NCBI GenBank assembly: GCA_003214695.1
Contig: QCLI01000002.1
Location: 4,226-68,225, forward strand
Reading direction: 5' to 3'
DNA from: Prochlorococcus sp. AG-412-P08
GTDB taxonomy: Bacteria; Cyanobacteriota; Cyanobacteriia; PCC-6307; Cyanobiaceae
DNA length: 64,000 bases
Under the pieces are notes generated by a model. That model ran no database searches. It was not told the DNA's origin and was given only the letters and a program-made list of their open reading frames with translations. This document shows, piece by piece, positions 33,216 to 44,211 of this stretch. A program made the translations under genes and the position numbers. Every line of letters begins with the position of its first letter. The stretch's first letter is position 1.

Positions 33216-34105
33216 TCTGCAAGTGAAACACTTGCTAAACGTTCTACCTCTCTAATGCCTGTTGGGCTGGTGACATTGATTTCACTTAACATTCCTCCAA
33301 TTACATCAATGCCTACAAAGAAGAGACCTTCGCTTTTTAATGAAGGTGCTAATTCTTCACAAATTTCTTGCTCTCTAACTGAAAGTGTTGTGGCTTCAGC
33401 TTTACCACCTAGAGCTAGATTACTTCGGAAATCTCCTTCCTTGGGCTTACGATTAATGGCGCCTAAAGGATCTCCATTGACTAATAAAATTCGTTTGTCT
33501 CCTTCAATTACCTTTGGCAGAAACTTCTGCATCATTACGGGCATTTGCTCTTGTGATGTAACCAGTTCCAACAATGCATCAAGTCCTGCTGCTGCATCCC
33601 CTATTCGAATTACCCCTTGCCCTCCTTTACCACCAAGTGGTTTTAAAACTACTTCTCCTTGCTCATGAGCAAATTCTTTTAACTCATTAACTCTACTAGC
33701 AACAAGTGTAGGTGCCATTAGGTTACTAAACCTGAGTGCGCCAAGTTTTTCGTTCCACGCTCTTAGAGATGATGGTTTATTTAGAACAAGAACTCCATTG
33801 CGCTCTGCAACTTCCAATAAATGAGTTGCGTATAAAAAGGCTTCATCTACTGGAGGATCTTTACGCATCCAAATACAATGAAATTCATTGAGGGAAAGAT
33901 TGCGTGGTTCACCAAGTGTTAACCAAGGCTCCGGAATTATAGTCTTAGCTACTACACCTGCTTTAGCACCTTTTGCTTGAAGATCTGAAGGAGTGCAAAC
34001 CCAGCTTTCAATAGATGCACGATAACAAGCTTCGATTAAGGCTGCTGAAGAATCTTTAACAGGATTAATTAGGTCGATTGGGTCAAGGACAAATAACTGC
34101 TTCAT
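33179..34105 (-). CDS. gshB: Glutathione synthetase
   Basis: WMRKDPP, NEKL, GDKRI, FRSNLA.GG and EINVTSPTG. Confidence 0.96.
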   Translation of the reverse strand: MKQLFVLDPIDLINPVKDSSAALIEACYRASIESWVCTPSDLQAKGAKAGVVAKTIIPEPWLTLGEPRNLSLNEFHCIWMRKDPPVDEAFLYATHLLEVAERNGVLVLNKPSSLRAWNEKLGALRFSNLMAPTLVASRVNELKEFAHEQGEVVLKPLGGKGGQGVIRIGDAAAGLDALLELVTSQEQMPVMMQKFLPKVIEGDKRILLVNGDPLGAINRKPKEGDFRSNLALGGKAEATTLSVREQEICEELAPSLKSEGLFFVGIDVIGGMLSEINVTSPTGIREVERLASVSLADQVIERLLRDFP

Positions 34106-34109
34106 GTTT

Positions 34110-34373
34110 TTATTTGCCTTGTTTAATTAGTTTGTCTAATTGAGAGGTACTTTCCAGTGAATAAAGCTCGTCGCAGCCTCCAATACCTTTATCGTTAATA
34201 AAAATTTGTGGAACGGTCTTACGACCATTTGCTCTGTCGATCATTATTGATCGTGCTTCTTGGTCACCATCGATTGAGTACTCTTGATAATTTATTCCTT
34301 TTTGATCGAATAATGCTTTTGCTCTAATGCAAAAAGGGCAGTATTGCCATGTGTAAATCTCAACTTTTGCCAT
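34110..34373 (-). CDS. grxC: Glutaredoxin 3
   Basis: CPFC active site, TVPQIFI and GGCD. Confidence 0.95.
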   Translation of the reverse strand: MAKVEIYTWQYCPFCIRAKALFDQKGINYQEYSIDGDQEARSIMIDRANGRKTVPQIFINDKGIGGCDELYSLESTSQLDKLIKQGK

Positions 34374-34451
34374 GAACTCAATGCTTACTTGCTGATTATC
34401 TTAACGATGATTGTTATGCTGGGATTTTTTAGTAGTTTTAGAGGTTACGTT

Positions 34452-35586
34452 GTGCATGATCTTATTGACTTTAAAAGGTCTATTTCTTTACTGAGTGATC
34501 GCCTGAGCAATGCTCAGGACTGTCTTTGACGTACCGGCCTTAAATGCAAGGAAGTTGGATCTTGAGCAGATTGCAGCTCAACCTGACTTTTGGAACGATC
34601 AACAGAAAGCTAAAAAACAAATGCGCCTCTTAGATGAGGTTAGGGATCAATTAAATAAATTAATAGAATGGCAGAACATTCTCCAAGATGCTAACGCTGT
34701 CTTAGAACTAAATGATTTTGAGCAAGATGATGAATTACTTACAGAGGCTCAAAATGGTTTGAATCAATTAGAAGCAGAACTGGATCTGTGGGAACTAGAA
34801 AGGTTATTGAGTGGTCCTTATGACAAGGATGGAGCAGTCTTGTCAATAAATGCTGGGGCTGGAGGGACAGATGCACAAGACTGGGCGCAGATGCTTTTAA
34901 GAATGTATACACGATGGGCCGAGGCACATGGTATGAAAGTTAAGCTAAATGAACTTTCTGAAGGTGAAGAAGCAGGCATCAAAAGTGCGACTATTGAGAT
35001 ACAGGGACGCTATGCATATGGGTATTTACAAAATGAGAAAGGTACGCATCGCTTAGTGAGAATCTCGCCTTTTAATGCCAACGGGAAACGTCAGACTAGT
35101 TTTGCAGGAGTAGAGGTTATGCCTCAACTTGATGAGGATGTTCAACTAGAGGTTCCTGAAAAAGATTTAGAGATAACTACAAGTCGATCTGGTGGGGCAG
35201 GAGGGCAAAATGTTAATAAGGTTGAAACTGCGGTCCGCATTCTTCATATCCCAACGGGTTTAGCAGTTCGTTGTACTCAAGAACGTTCTCAGCTTCAAAA
35301 TAAAGAGAAGGCTATGGCGCTTTTAAAAGCAAAATTGATGGTAATTGCTCAAGAACAACGTGCTGCAGAGATTGCAGATATTCGTGGTGACATGGTTGAG
35401 GCCGCTTGGGGAAACCAGATTAGAAATTATGTTTTCCACCCTTATCAGATGGTGAAAGACTTACGTACGGAGAAAGAATCTACTGATGTTGAGGGAGTTT
35501 TGAATGGTGATTTAGATTTATTTATTCAAGCTCTCCTATTACAAGGAATTGACAAACAAGATCATCAATTTGAGAGTGAAGATTAA
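34452..35586 (+). CDS. prfB: Peptide chain release factor 2, translated via a programmed +1 frameshift
   Basis: GTG at 34452 (GAGG upstream) reads ...AQDCL to CTT-TGA-C; the +1 frame continues DVPAL... and contains SPF and GGQ motifs. Confidence 0.96.
34516..34530 (+). promoter_or_regulatory. prfB +1 frameshift cassette
   Basis: AGGAC-TGT-CTT-TGA-C: SD-like AGGA upstream of the slippery CTT TGA C. Confidence 0.93.
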
Positions 35587-35777
35587 TGAACAAAAATCTC
35601 ATTTCGACTAAAACTTCCGATAAGAAAGCCCCTTCATCAAGCTTTGTGAAATTAGCTATGAAGAATATGGTCCGCAAAGGCAATCAAAGTTTGTTTCATT
35701 TTTCTTTGACTGCTGTAGGGTTTCTTGGCTTCATTTTGCTGCTTGCATTTTTTGTTAGACCATCTGTTCCTCATTGA
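35586..35777 (+). CDS. Small membrane protein (DUF3285-like)
   Basis: SFVKLAMKNMVRKG.QSL.HF motif plus a TM helix; TAATG overlap with the prfB stop. Confidence 0.8.
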   Translation: MNKNLISTKTSDKKAPSSSFVKLAMKNMVRKGNQSLFHFSLTAVGFLGFILLLAFFVRPSVPH

Positions 35778-36364
35778 TTATGAAGATAGAGCAGCCTTTA
35801 AGTTCCGAGGCTTTAAGTCTTGATCTTGCTTTCAGCAGCTGTATACCTTTGACAGTTAAAGATCATATTGATGAAGAAAGCAGAAGCCTTCTAACAGATT
35901 TAAATACTTGGCAATTTACTTTGACAAAATGGATTTATTTTGTAAGAGAGAATCCTCAATTAACTTGTCCAGAACTTGTCAGGACAAATAACTCTTTAAG
36001 CCTAGGGTTAGTATTTACTGATGATTCAGCGATTGCAGAATTAAACAAGACATGGAGAAAGAAAAATATGCCAACAGATGTGCTTTCATTCGCAGCCCTT
36101 GAAGGAGACTTTTTACCACCTTCGAGTGATGCTTTAGAATTAGGGGACATTTTTGTTTCAGTGGAGACTGCTGTTCGTCAAGCAAGTTTTTATGATCAAT
36201 CCTTAGGACAGGAACTCAGATGGTTGGTCAGTCATGGGATTTTGCATTTGCTTGGGTGGGATCATCCTTGTGCAGAAAGTCGTAGCAATATGTTGACTTT
36301 GCAAGAAGAGCTAATCAAAATAAAGGATCAAATACCGTCTAATAAATGTGTTAAACCTGATTAA
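35774..36364 (+). CDS. ybeY: rRNA maturation endoribonuclease YbeY
   Basis: PTDVLSF, LGDI.VS and HGILHLLGWDH. Confidence 0.94.
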   Translation: MIMKIEQPLSSEALSLDLAFSSCIPLTVKDHIDEESRSLLTDLNTWQFTLTKWIYFVRENPQLTCPELVRTNNSLSLGLVFTDDSAIAELNKTWRKKNMPTDVLSFAALEGDFLPPSSDALELGDIFVSVETAVRQASFYDQSLGQELRWLVSHGILHLLGWDHPCAESRSNMLTLQEELIKIKDQIPSNKCVKPD

Positions 36365-36367
36365 TAG

Positions 36368-36826
36368 ATGACACTTTATAATCAAAAAAAGAATATTGAG
36401 CAAGTTCCAGATTTATCTGATCATATAAATAACTCTTCTAGGAGAATTTCCTGGAAAATCTCAAAAGATTTGCCTTCAAGTTTTCTATATGCTGCAAAAG
36501 GTATTGGATATGCATTTAAGAGCCAAAGAAACTTTCGTATTCATACTTTCATTGGTTTAGCAGTTGCATCTTTTGCTCTCTGGTTAGATCTGCCCTTGCC
36601 TCATCTTGCAATAATTGCTAATACTATTGGTGCTGTTTTGATATTGGAATTAATTAATACATCTATTGAAGCAGTGGTTGATCTATCTATTGGTAGGCGT
36701 TTTCATCCTTTGGCGAGAATTGCTAAGGATTGTGCGGCAGCCTCTGTATTAATTGGATCAATGACTGCATTAATTATTGCTATTCTCTTGATAGTCCCCT
36801 CAATTTTAGACAAATTTGGGGCATAG
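36368..36826 (+). CDS. dgkA: Prokaryotic diacylglycerol/undecaprenol kinase family protein
   Basis: SF.YA.KG, QRNFRIH, LELINTSIEAVVDL and AKDCAAA. Confidence 0.88.
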   Translation: MTLYNQKKNIEQVPDLSDHINNSSRRISWKISKDLPSSFLYAAKGIGYAFKSQRNFRIHTFIGLAVASFALWLDLPLPHLAIIANTIGAVLILELINTSIEAVVDLSIGRRFHPLARIAKDCAAASVLIGSMTALIIAILLIVPSILDKFGA

Positions 36827-36839
36827 AAATTTTAACCCC

Positions 36840-37433
36840 ATGCTTTTAGTTATTGACAATTATGACAGCTTTACCTTTAACCTTGTTCAGTACTTTGGTG
36901 AGCTCTCTGGAAAACATCCCTTAGCAAAAGAGATTTTAGTAAGACGTAATGATGAGATTTCCATTTCTCAAATAAAGGCTCTCAAACCTGCAGCAATAGT
37001 TCTTTCTCCTGGACCAGGAGACCCTGATCAATCTGGAGTGTGCTTAGATATTTTAAATAAACTATCTAGCAATCAACCTATTCTTGGGGTTTGTTTAGGT
37101 CATCAGGCAATTGCTCAAACCTTTGGAGGTAAAATTATTAGAGCTAAGGAACTTATGCATGGAAAAACATCTAAGGTTTTTCATCATGGCAAGGGTATCT
37201 TTTCAGGATTGTCAGACCCTATTGTTGCGACTAGATATCATAGCTTAATTGCTGATAGAGCCTCTTTGCCTAAGTCTTTGGAAGTTACTGCTTGGCTAAA
37301 AGATGGCACAATAATGGGACTACGCCATAAAGACTTCCAAAATTTATTTGGAGTACAGTTTCACCCTGAAAGCGTATTGACTGAATCTGGACATCATTTG
37401 CTCGGTAACTTTTTAGGATTGGCTGAGGCCTAA
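36840..37433 (+). CDS. trpG: Anthranilate/aminodeoxychorismate synthase glutamine amidotransferase component
   Basis: IDNYDSFTFNL, SPGPG.P, GVCLGHQ, RYHSL and QFHPES. Confidence 0.93.
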   Translation: MLLVIDNYDSFTFNLVQYFGELSGKHPLAKEILVRRNDEISISQIKALKPAAIVLSPGPGDPDQSGVCLDILNKLSSNQPILGVCLGHQAIAQTFGGKIIRAKELMHGKTSKVFHHGKGIFSGLSDPIVATRYHSLIADRASLPKSLEVTAWLKDGTIMGLRHKDFQNLFGVQFHPESVLTESGHHLLGNFLGLAEA

Positions 37434-37439
37434 CTATTC

Positions 37440-38186
37440 TTGTTTTGTATGATCACTAAATTTTTGCGATTTCAATCGATTTTTCAGCAAATATCCATGT
37501 CTTTTGCAATGGTGTTTAGTTTGAGTGCACCAAGTTTTGCTGAGGTATTAGAGATTAAGAGTTTTGGCCATAGTTCTTTTTTAATTAGGGGAGGGGGGCA
37601 TTCGGTTTTGTTAAATCCTTTTAAGGCAGTCGGATGTGCAAAGGGATTGAGAGAACCCAATGTTATTCCAGACATTGTTCTTGCAAGCTCTGAGTTGGCT
37701 GATGAAGGTTACTGGAGAAAGGAAGGTGTTTTTTTTGTTAAACCTGGTTCATATCGGATTCGAGGCTTAACCTTGGAAGGTTTTTCTAGTGCACATGACC
37801 ATGTAGGAGGGAGAAGATTTGGCTATGGAACATTTTGGCAATGGACACAGGGAGGCATAAACTTTGCTCACTTAGGAGGTATTGCAGGCTCTTTAGAGCC
37901 TCAAGATAAACTGCTTTTAGGTCGACCTGATGTCTTGTTTATTGGTGTTGGAGGAGGTGCAAAGGTGTTTACAGCTAACAAGGCTGCCAAAATAGTTGAT
38001 GAATTGAACCCTAGAATTGTGATTCCGGTGCAATATGTTCGTGGAGAAAAGCCTTCTAATTGTGATCAGACAGATATTCAGCCTTTTTTAGATGTAATGA
38101 AGAACCTTGAAACGATCAAATCCGGTACAAACTATGTAGTCCCAAACAAACTACCTGAGAGGACAATCATTAATTTAATGCAGTAA
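37440..38186 (+). CDS. Exported metallo-beta-lactamase-fold protein
   Basis: Signal-peptide-like N-terminus (APSFA/E), GHSSFLI, HD..GG, AHLG, PDVLFI.VGG and P..VIP; start uncertain. Confidence 0.75.
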   Translation: MFCMITKFLRFQSIFQQISMSFAMVFSLSAPSFAEVLEIKSFGHSSFLIRGGGHSVLLNPFKAVGCAKGLREPNVIPDIVLASSELADEGYWRKEGVFFVKPGSYRIRGLTLEGFSSAHDHVGGRRFGYGTFWQWTQGGINFAHLGGIAGSLEPQDKLLLGRPDVLFIGVGGGAKVFTANKAAKIVDELNPRIVIPVQYVRGEKPSNCDQTDIQPFLDVMKNLETIKSGTNYVVPNKLPERTIINLMQ

Positions 38187-39296
38187 CTTAGCTACTTTTT
38201 TATACATATCTAAAAATAGTTTCATTTGATCAGTTGTACCAATACTGACTCTTAATGAGCCATCTATTAAATGTTTGTTCTTCATATTTCTAACGAGAAT
38301 ACCTGAAGTCTTAAGATGCTTTTCTATTGCTATTGGGTTTTGATCCGGCCAGAGTAAAAAGTAATTGCCAGAATTTATATGATGATGTATTTTCTCTTTT
38401 GATAATTCTTTTTTTATCCATGATCTGGCTTTTAAGACTTCGTCTACATAAGTGTCGATATAGGCTTGATCGCCAAGCGCTGCAAAAGCAGCTGTTACTG
38501 CGAAGCTGTTAATGTCATATGGACCAGTTACTCGACTGATACGATCAATTACTTCCGGGTGACCTATTGCAAAGCCTATACGTAGGCCTGCCAGGCCTGA
38601 GGTCTTAGATAGAGACCTAAGCACAACAAGATTAGGTGTTTGGTCAAAATTAACTATTGGAATAACGCTGTCTCCTAAAAATGCCTCGTAAAGCTCGTCA
38701 ATTACTATTAGTGTTTGTGGTGACTCTTGTGCTAATTGAATAATCCTTCTTGCCTCTATATTTGTTCCTGTTGGGTTATTCGGATTGCATATGATTAAAA
38801 TTTTTGGCTTTAGGTTTCTTAGAGATAGGGAAATTTGGTTTAGAGGAAAATCAAAGTTTCTACCTTCGTATGGAATTTCAATTATTTTCATCCCTTGCAT
38901 ATTTGCACATGGGTTATAGTAACCAAAGGTAGGAGTTGTTGTTAAGAATATTTTTCCACGGTCGCCATAGGCATAAAAAATAGAATGTATTGCCGCATCT
39001 ACACCATTAAAGATAGCTACTTGATTAGGAACAATAGAACCTAAACTCAATGAGGCATTTAGATTATTGGCAAATGCCTTCCTTAATCCTTTGTATTCAG
39101 GATATACAGCGATTTCTTCTGAGGTAATATTACGAATGGCTTCTATTACTTTTGGACTAGGACCAATCGTATTTTCATTGAAATCCAGACGCAGAAGTTT
39201 TCTGCGTCCTTCTAAAGGTGCTGAGTATCCATTCATTCCCTCTATCTCCAAACGAGCTTTAGGAATCTCTGGGGAACGTGGGTTAACAGGTGTCAT
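38175..39296 (-). CDS. hisC: Histidinol-phosphate aminotransferase-like PLP enzyme
   Basis: LDFNEN, NPNNPTG, IDELY and RSLSKTSGLAGLRIG; ATG at 39296 overlaps the argS stop (TGATG). Confidence 0.82.
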   Translation of the reverse strand: MTPVNPRSPEIPKARLEIEGMNGYSAPLEGRRKLLRLDFNENTIGPSPKVIEAIRNITSEEIAVYPEYKGLRKAFANNLNASLSLGSIVPNQVAIFNGVDAAIHSIFYAYGDRGKIFLTTTPTFGYYNPCANMQGMKIIEIPYEGRNFDFPLNQISLSLRNLKPKILIICNPNNPTGTNIEARRIIQLAQESPQTLIVIDELYEAFLGDSVIPIVNFDQTPNLVVLRSLSKTSGLAGLRIGFAIGHPEVIDRISRVTGPYDINSFAVTAAFAALGDQAYIDTYVDEVLKARSWIKKELSKEKIHHHINSGNYFLLWPDQNPIAIEKHLKTSGILVRNMKNKHLIDGSLRVSIGTTDQMKLFLDMYKKVAKLLH

Positions 39297-41107
39297 CACA
39301 TTCGCTCCAATGTTGAAATGCCTAAGAGGCCTAATCCTTCTTTTAAAATATCTCTTGTTAGTTGGCATAGAACTAGCCGAGAGGATCTTTCTGGTTCCTT
39401 TGCTTTTAAGACTGGTATTTGATCGTAAAATCGATTAAACTCTTGACTTAATTCAAATAAATAACTACATAATCGATTAGGCAATAATTCTTCTTCGACA
39501 GCTAAAATGACTTCATCAAATTTCAATAGTTCTCGAATTAATTTCCATTCTCCAGGCTGGCTAAATTTTATTGGCTTTTCTGTGGTGTCTAAATTGCCAC
39601 CTTTGCGATTAATTCCAGCAATACGAACTAGAGCATATAATAGGTATGGTGCTGTATTGCCTTGTAATGAGAGCATTCGATCAAAACTAAATTGATAATT
39701 TGTAGTTCTGTTTTGACTAAGATCTGCATATTTTACAGCTCCAATGCCAATTGTAGTTGAGACGTTATGAATAAAGTCTTCCGTTTCTTCACGGCTTTCT
39801 TCATGAAGCCGTTTTTTGATGTCTATTTTGGCTCTTTCTACTGCTTCATCAAGTAATTCTTTGAGACGTACTGTCTCTCCTGAGCGTGTCTTTAGTTTTT
39901 TGCCATCTTCACCTTGTACAAGTCCAAAGGGGACATGTTCAACCTGACATTCTTTTGGAATCCACTGTGCTCGTTTTGCAACTTGAAAGACACTTGAGAA
40001 ATGATTTGACTGCCCAGAATCAGTGACGTAGATGATCCGTGCGGCCCCATCACCATTTGGATGACACTGCAACCTATATCGAATTGCGGCTAAGTCAGTT
40101 GTTGCATAATTAAATCCTCCATCTGACTTTTGAATGATTAAAGGGAGAGGCTTCCCTTCTTTTCCTCTTATGCCTTCTAGAAAAACGCATTTAGCCCCTT
40201 CGTCTTCAACTAATAGCCCTAATTTTTCGAGATCTTTAACCACATTCATCAAGAAAGGATTGTAAAAAGATTCACCTCTCTCACAAAGTTCAATATCAAG
40301 ACGATCATAGATTTTTTGAAACTCTTGACGAGATTGCTCACATAATAGTTCCCAAGCTTTAAGACTTTCTTGCTTACCTTGTTGAAGGTTGACAACCTCT
40401 TCTCGGGAACATTTTTGGAAGTATTCGTCCTCGTCAAATCGTTTCTTTGCTTTCCGATAAAAATCAACTAAGTCCCCAATATTTATTAGATTAGGAGTTG
40501 TCAATGCTTCTGGAATAACTAGTTTAAGGTATGTGATTAACATTCCAAATTGTGTGCCCCAGTCTCCGACATGATTTAGGCGTAGGACCTGATAACCACG
40601 GAAACTTAAAACTCGTGCAATTGAATCACCAATAATAGTTGACCTTAAATGTCCCACATGCATTTCTTTGGCAATGTTGGGACTAGAGAAATCAACAATA
40701 ATTGGTTTGAACTCCTTTGTTTGATCATTACTTTTTACAAGTGGAACTCCAAGTTGCTTATCATTCAGCATTCTTAATAACTCTTGACTAAGACAGTCAT
40801 TCTTTATAGTTATATTGATAAAACCAGGACCGGCTATTGTGGGTGGGTAACATAGATTGTTGAATTCTTTACTCTTTTGAAGTTGTTTGACTATTAGTTC
40901 AGCTATTTGCCTTGGAGGCTGTTTAATTTTTTTAGCCAAAGTTAAGGCCCCATTTACTTGAAAGTCTCCAAAATTTGGTTTTGAAGCTGGCATTAATTGT
41001 GGATTTAGTGATTCGCCGGTCTTTTTAGCAGCTAATGCTTCTTTCGCAAAAGCAGCATTCAATGCCTTGTTAAGTTGCTTATTTATTTCTTGATAGATTT
41101 GATACAT
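39296..41107 (-). CDS. argS: Arginine--tRNA ligase
   Basis: [40 protein letters not shown] and C-terminal ERM. Confidence 0.98.
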   Translation of the reverse strand: MYQIYQEINKQLNKALNAAFAKEALAAKKTGESLNPQLMPASKPNFGDFQVNGALTLAKKIKQPPRQIAELIVKQLQKSKEFNNLCYPPTIAGPGFINITIKNDCLSQELLRMLNDKQLGVPLVKSNDQTKEFKPIIVDFSSPNIAKEMHVGHLRSTIIGDSIARVLSFRGYQVLRLNHVGDWGTQFGMLITYLKLVIPEALTTPNLINIGDLVDFYRKAKKRFDEDEYFQKCSREEVVNLQQGKQESLKAWELLCEQSRQEFQKIYDRLDIELCERGESFYNPFLMNVVKDLEKLGLLVEDEGAKCVFLEGIRGKEGKPLPLIIQKSDGGFNYATTDLAAIRYRLQCHPNGDGAARIIYVTDSGQSNHFSSVFQVAKRAQWIPKECQVEHVPFGLVQGEDGKKLKTRSGETVRLKELLDEAVERAKIDIKKRLHEESREETEDFIHNVSTTIGIGAVKYADLSQNRTTNYQFSFDRMLSLQGNTAPYLLYALVRIAGINRKGGNLDTTEKPIKFSQPGEWKLIRELLKFDEVILAVEEELLPNRLCSYLFELSQEFNRFYDQIPVLKAKEPERSSRLVLCQLTRDILKEGLGLLGISTLERM

Positions 41108-41976
41108 TATTCGCTTTCTCCTTTCTCACTGAATCTCATACTGAAATCAATCCAATTACTTTTAGTAACTGGTGCACTGCTTGAAATAATGTCAACCCCA
41201 GTAGATGCATAGCTTTTAATTTCTGTAGGATCGATGCCCGAAGCCTCGATCATGATCTCTCTAGAGGCCTGCTTTGCCAGTGTTCGTAATTGAGGAACTA
41301 ATTTATGTATGCAATCAACTGACATCTCATCAAGAAGAACCCCATCAGCTCCAGCTAACACAGCTTCTTTGGCTTGTTGATCTGTTTCGGCTTCGACAAT
41401 GATTTTGCTTGTCCATGGGATGCTTTTCCTTAGATTCTTGATAGAATTTTCTATCCCATTACTCCATGCTATGTGGTTCTCTTTTAACATCGCAGCATCA
41501 TCGAGGCCCAATCGATGATTAACTCCTCCTCCACATCTCACTGCATATTTTTCTAATTGTCGAAGCCCTGGTGTCGTTTTACGTGTGTCTGCTAGAAGAA
41601 CTCCTGTATTTTGAATCTCTGAAACAAGTTTTTCAGTTGCTGTAGCTATCCCAGAGAGATGCATGGCTAAGTTGAGAGCTGTTCTCTCCCCAGCTAAAAG
41701 CGAAGAGACTGGTCCATTTAATTTTATTATTCTTTCGCCATGCGTGAAACTTTCTCCATCAGCTTTTTTTAACAATATGGAGACTGATGGATCAAGATGA
41801 TTATATAGAGATTTGACAAGTCCTCCTCCGCAGAAAATGCCGTTTTGTTTGCATTCCCAATGAGCATTTACAATCTTGCTACTATGAATACCTGATTGAG
41901 TTAGATCTCCTCGGCCTAAATCTTCATCAAGCCATGTATCTAACATATGTTTAATTGTTGGTGTAATTATATTCAA
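41107..41976 (-). CDS. nadC: Quinolinate phosphoribosyltransferase
   Basis: [29 protein letters not shown] and KENH. Confidence 0.96.
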   Translation of the reverse strand: MNIITPTIKHMLDTWLDEDLGRGDLTQSGIHSSKIVNAHWECKQNGIFCGGGLVKSLYNHLDPSVSILLKKADGESFTHGERIIKLNGPVSSLLAGERTALNLAMHLSGIATATEKLVSEIQNTGVLLADTRKTTPGLRQLEKYAVRCGGGVNHRLGLDDAAMLKENHIAWSNGIENSIKNLRKSIPWTSKIIVEAETDQQAKEAVLAGADGVLLDEMSVDCIHKLVPQLRTLAKQASREIMIEASGIDPTEIKSYASTGVDIISSSAPVTKSNWIDFSMRFSEKGESE

Positions 41977-42081
41977 GATTCTGATAGATAGAAAAAAGAT
42001 TTGAGTAGATGGGATTTAGGAGAGTGATGAATTGGTGATTTTCTAGGAGAGTAAGACTTCATTATTGAATAATAAGTTGTT

Positions 42082-43449
42082 TTACTTGCCGATACAAAAT
42101 CTTGCAAATATTCGATCTAGCAATACTTCCGTTAGTTCTTCTCCCGTCACTTCATTTAATTTGTAGATGGCTTCTCTTAGGTCAATGGTCCAGAAGTCCC
42201 ATGGTAAATCCTGTGTAGCAACCTCCGCTATTCGATCAATGGCATTTACAGCATCTTTTACAAGATCAAGTTGCCTTTGGTTAAGTGCAATTTCTACTCC
42301 TGATGTTGTGTTGGCTCCACATATCTTTAACAATTTCATAATCACTTGATTTTCTCCTTCTCCAGTTAATGCACTCATAGTCGCATTTGCTATGGAGCCT
42401 GAATCCTGGCTTGGTAGATCAGATTTGTTACCAACGATCAGCGTCGGTGTGTCTGTTGGAATTTGCTTCAGAAGTTTTTGGTCATTAGTTGTCCAACCTT
42501 GACTAACATCAAAAATTAGTACAACCACATCTGCAGTTAATAAAGCTTTATGGCTTCGTGAGACCCCTATTTTTTCTATTGCATCATTTGTTTCCCGAAT
42601 ACCAGCAGTGTCAAGAAGTGTGATCGGAATTCCCTTTAAAATAACGTCACTTTCTAACAGATCTCTTGTAGTTCCCGGGATGTTTGTGACGATCGCCTTT
42701 TCTTTTTTACTGAAAAAATTGAGCAGAGAACTTTTCCCTACATTTGGTGATCCAATAAGTGCAATTTTTAAACCATTACGAATTAAACATCCTTGCTTTG
42801 CATCTAAAATAAGTTGATTTAACTGGTCGCGGATTAGCATTAAATCAGCAAAGAGCGTCGTTGAATTTAGTGCTGGCAGATCTTCCTCAAAGTCAATGCG
42901 TGCTTCAATTTCACTAAGTTGATCAATCAGTTGGTTCTTTATCTTCTTTATGGCATTGCTAATATCACCATCCATTCCTGCCATGGCTAATTGAGCAGCT
43001 TTTTGAGTTCGAGCACTGATCAATTCGTGAATAGCTTCTGCTTGAGTAATATCAAGTCTTCCATTTAAGACTGCACGTTGACTGAACTCTCCAGGGAAGG
43101 CTCTTCTTGTATTGGGTTGAATTAACACTTGTTCAAGTGTTGCTTGAACTGCTATTAAGCCTCCATGGCAATGAATCTCTACTACATCTTCCCCTGTAAA
43201 ACTCCTTGGACCATCCATTATTAATATTAAAACCTCATCAATCTTTTTTTTTGTTTTTAGATTGATGACATATCCATAAAGAATGGTGTGGCTTTTCCAT
43301 TCTTGCTTTCCTGGGATTCGAACAATAGTTGATACAACTTTCTTTGCTAAGGGCCCAGATACTTTGACAATTGCAATTCCCCCTTCTCCTGGTGAGACTG
43401 CTGTAGCTATAGCAGCGATTGTTTCTTCTGTAGGATTTGTCAGACTCAT
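42082..43449 (-). CDS. mnmE: tRNA modification GTPase MnmE
   Basis: TIAAIAT, SFTGEDVVEIHCHGG, GSPNVGKSSL, GTTRD, DTAG and C-terminal FCIGK. Confidence 0.97.
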   Translation of the reverse strand: MSLTNPTEETIAAIATAVSPGEGGIAIVKVSGPLAKKVVSTIVRIPGKQEWKSHTILYGYVINLKTKKKIDEVLILIMDGPRSFTGEDVVEIHCHGGLIAVQATLEQVLIQPNTRRAFPGEFSQRAVLNGRLDITQAEAIHELISARTQKAAQLAMAGMDGDISNAIKKIKNQLIDQLSEIEARIDFEEDLPALNSTTLFADLMLIRDQLNQLILDAKQGCLIRNGLKIALIGSPNVGKSSLLNFFSKKEKAIVTNIPGTTRDLLESDVILKGIPITLLDTAGIRETNDAIEKIGVSRSHKALLTADVVVLIFDVSQGWTTNDQKLLKQIPTDTPTLIVGNKSDLPSQDSGSIANATMSALTGEGENQVIMKLLKICGANTTSGVEIALNQRQLDLVKDAVNAIDRIAEVATQDLPWDFWTIDLREAIYKLNEVTGEELTEVLLDRIFARFCIGK

Positions 43450-43517
43450 AAACTTATTATTCGATTTTTCTCTACGATTACATTCATACCTTGCAGTACC
43501 ATATTTAAGGATTTGAA

Positions 43518-44000
43518 ATGATTAGATACCTCCTTAAGTGGTTTAATAAATTCCAACACTCCTTGCGTTTGCTTTGGGATCTTGAAGGAACACCTGCTAA
43601 AAGAGCACGTGGAATAGCTGTTGGTGTTTTTAGTGGTTGTTTCCCTTTCTTTGGATTGCAATCCCTGATGGGGGCATGCTTGGCGAGCTTGTTCAAAGGT
43701 AATCATTTGCTTGCTGTTATGGGGACATGGATTAGTAACCCTCTTACATATATTCCTCTTTATTTGTTTAACTATAAGATTGGATCCTTCTTTTTGGGTA
43801 GTGAAAGAGAATTAAATAACTTGAGTGAATTAACGCAGCGGCAGATGTGGAATCAGGGTTGGATAATTAGTAGTAGGATTTTCTTTGGTTCAATACTTGT
43901 GGGATTATTCTTTGGCTTGATTTTTGGTCTTATTTCGTACATGTTATTTAAATCATCTTCTAAGAAAAGTATGCTTCAAATTTCCCGTAGGTACCGATAA
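43518..44000 (+). CDS. DUF2062-family membrane protein
   Basis: TP..RARG.A.G.F.G..P.FG.Q and W.SNPLT motifs. Confidence 0.8.
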   Translation: MIRYLLKWFNKFQHSLRLLWDLEGTPAKRARGIAVGVFSGCFPFFGLQSLMGACLASLFKGNHLLAVMGTWISNPLTYIPLYLFNYKIGSFFLGSERELNNLSELTQRQMWNQGWIISSRIFFGSILVGLFFGLIFGLISYMLFKSSSKKSMLQISRRYR

Positions 44001-44211
44001 AATTATTATTGGGATCACTCCAAAGTGTTTCAAAAAATAGTTAATCCGAAAATGTTTTGCATGTTTGAGAATATGGCTGTTGCGACAATTTTTGAAAATA
44101 CTGTTCTCTAGATTTTCTACAAAAGACTCGAAACTAAGAGATAGCAATTCATTTATCAAAGAGGCGTTTTATCTCTTCTAAAGTTTTTATAGATTTTACA
44201 GTCCCTAGAAA

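Noticed and set aside
34344-34451. N-terminal part of the 61-aa ORF 34344-34529 as a separate small protein
   Set aside because: Only the portion from GTG 34452 is meaningful, as the pre-frameshift segment of prfB; the rest overlaps grxC and the divergent promoter.
39297-39368. Apparent 73-bp hisC/argS overlap in the ORF track
   Set aside because: ATG at 39296 gives a standard TGATG coupling, so the extension is an artefact of choosing the longest ORF.
44001-44211. 211-bp spacer and ORF 43953-44159 between convergent DUF2062 and spoT
   Set aside because: AT-rich, no motif, no convincing hairpin or repeat, and the ORF overlaps DUF2062 antisense.
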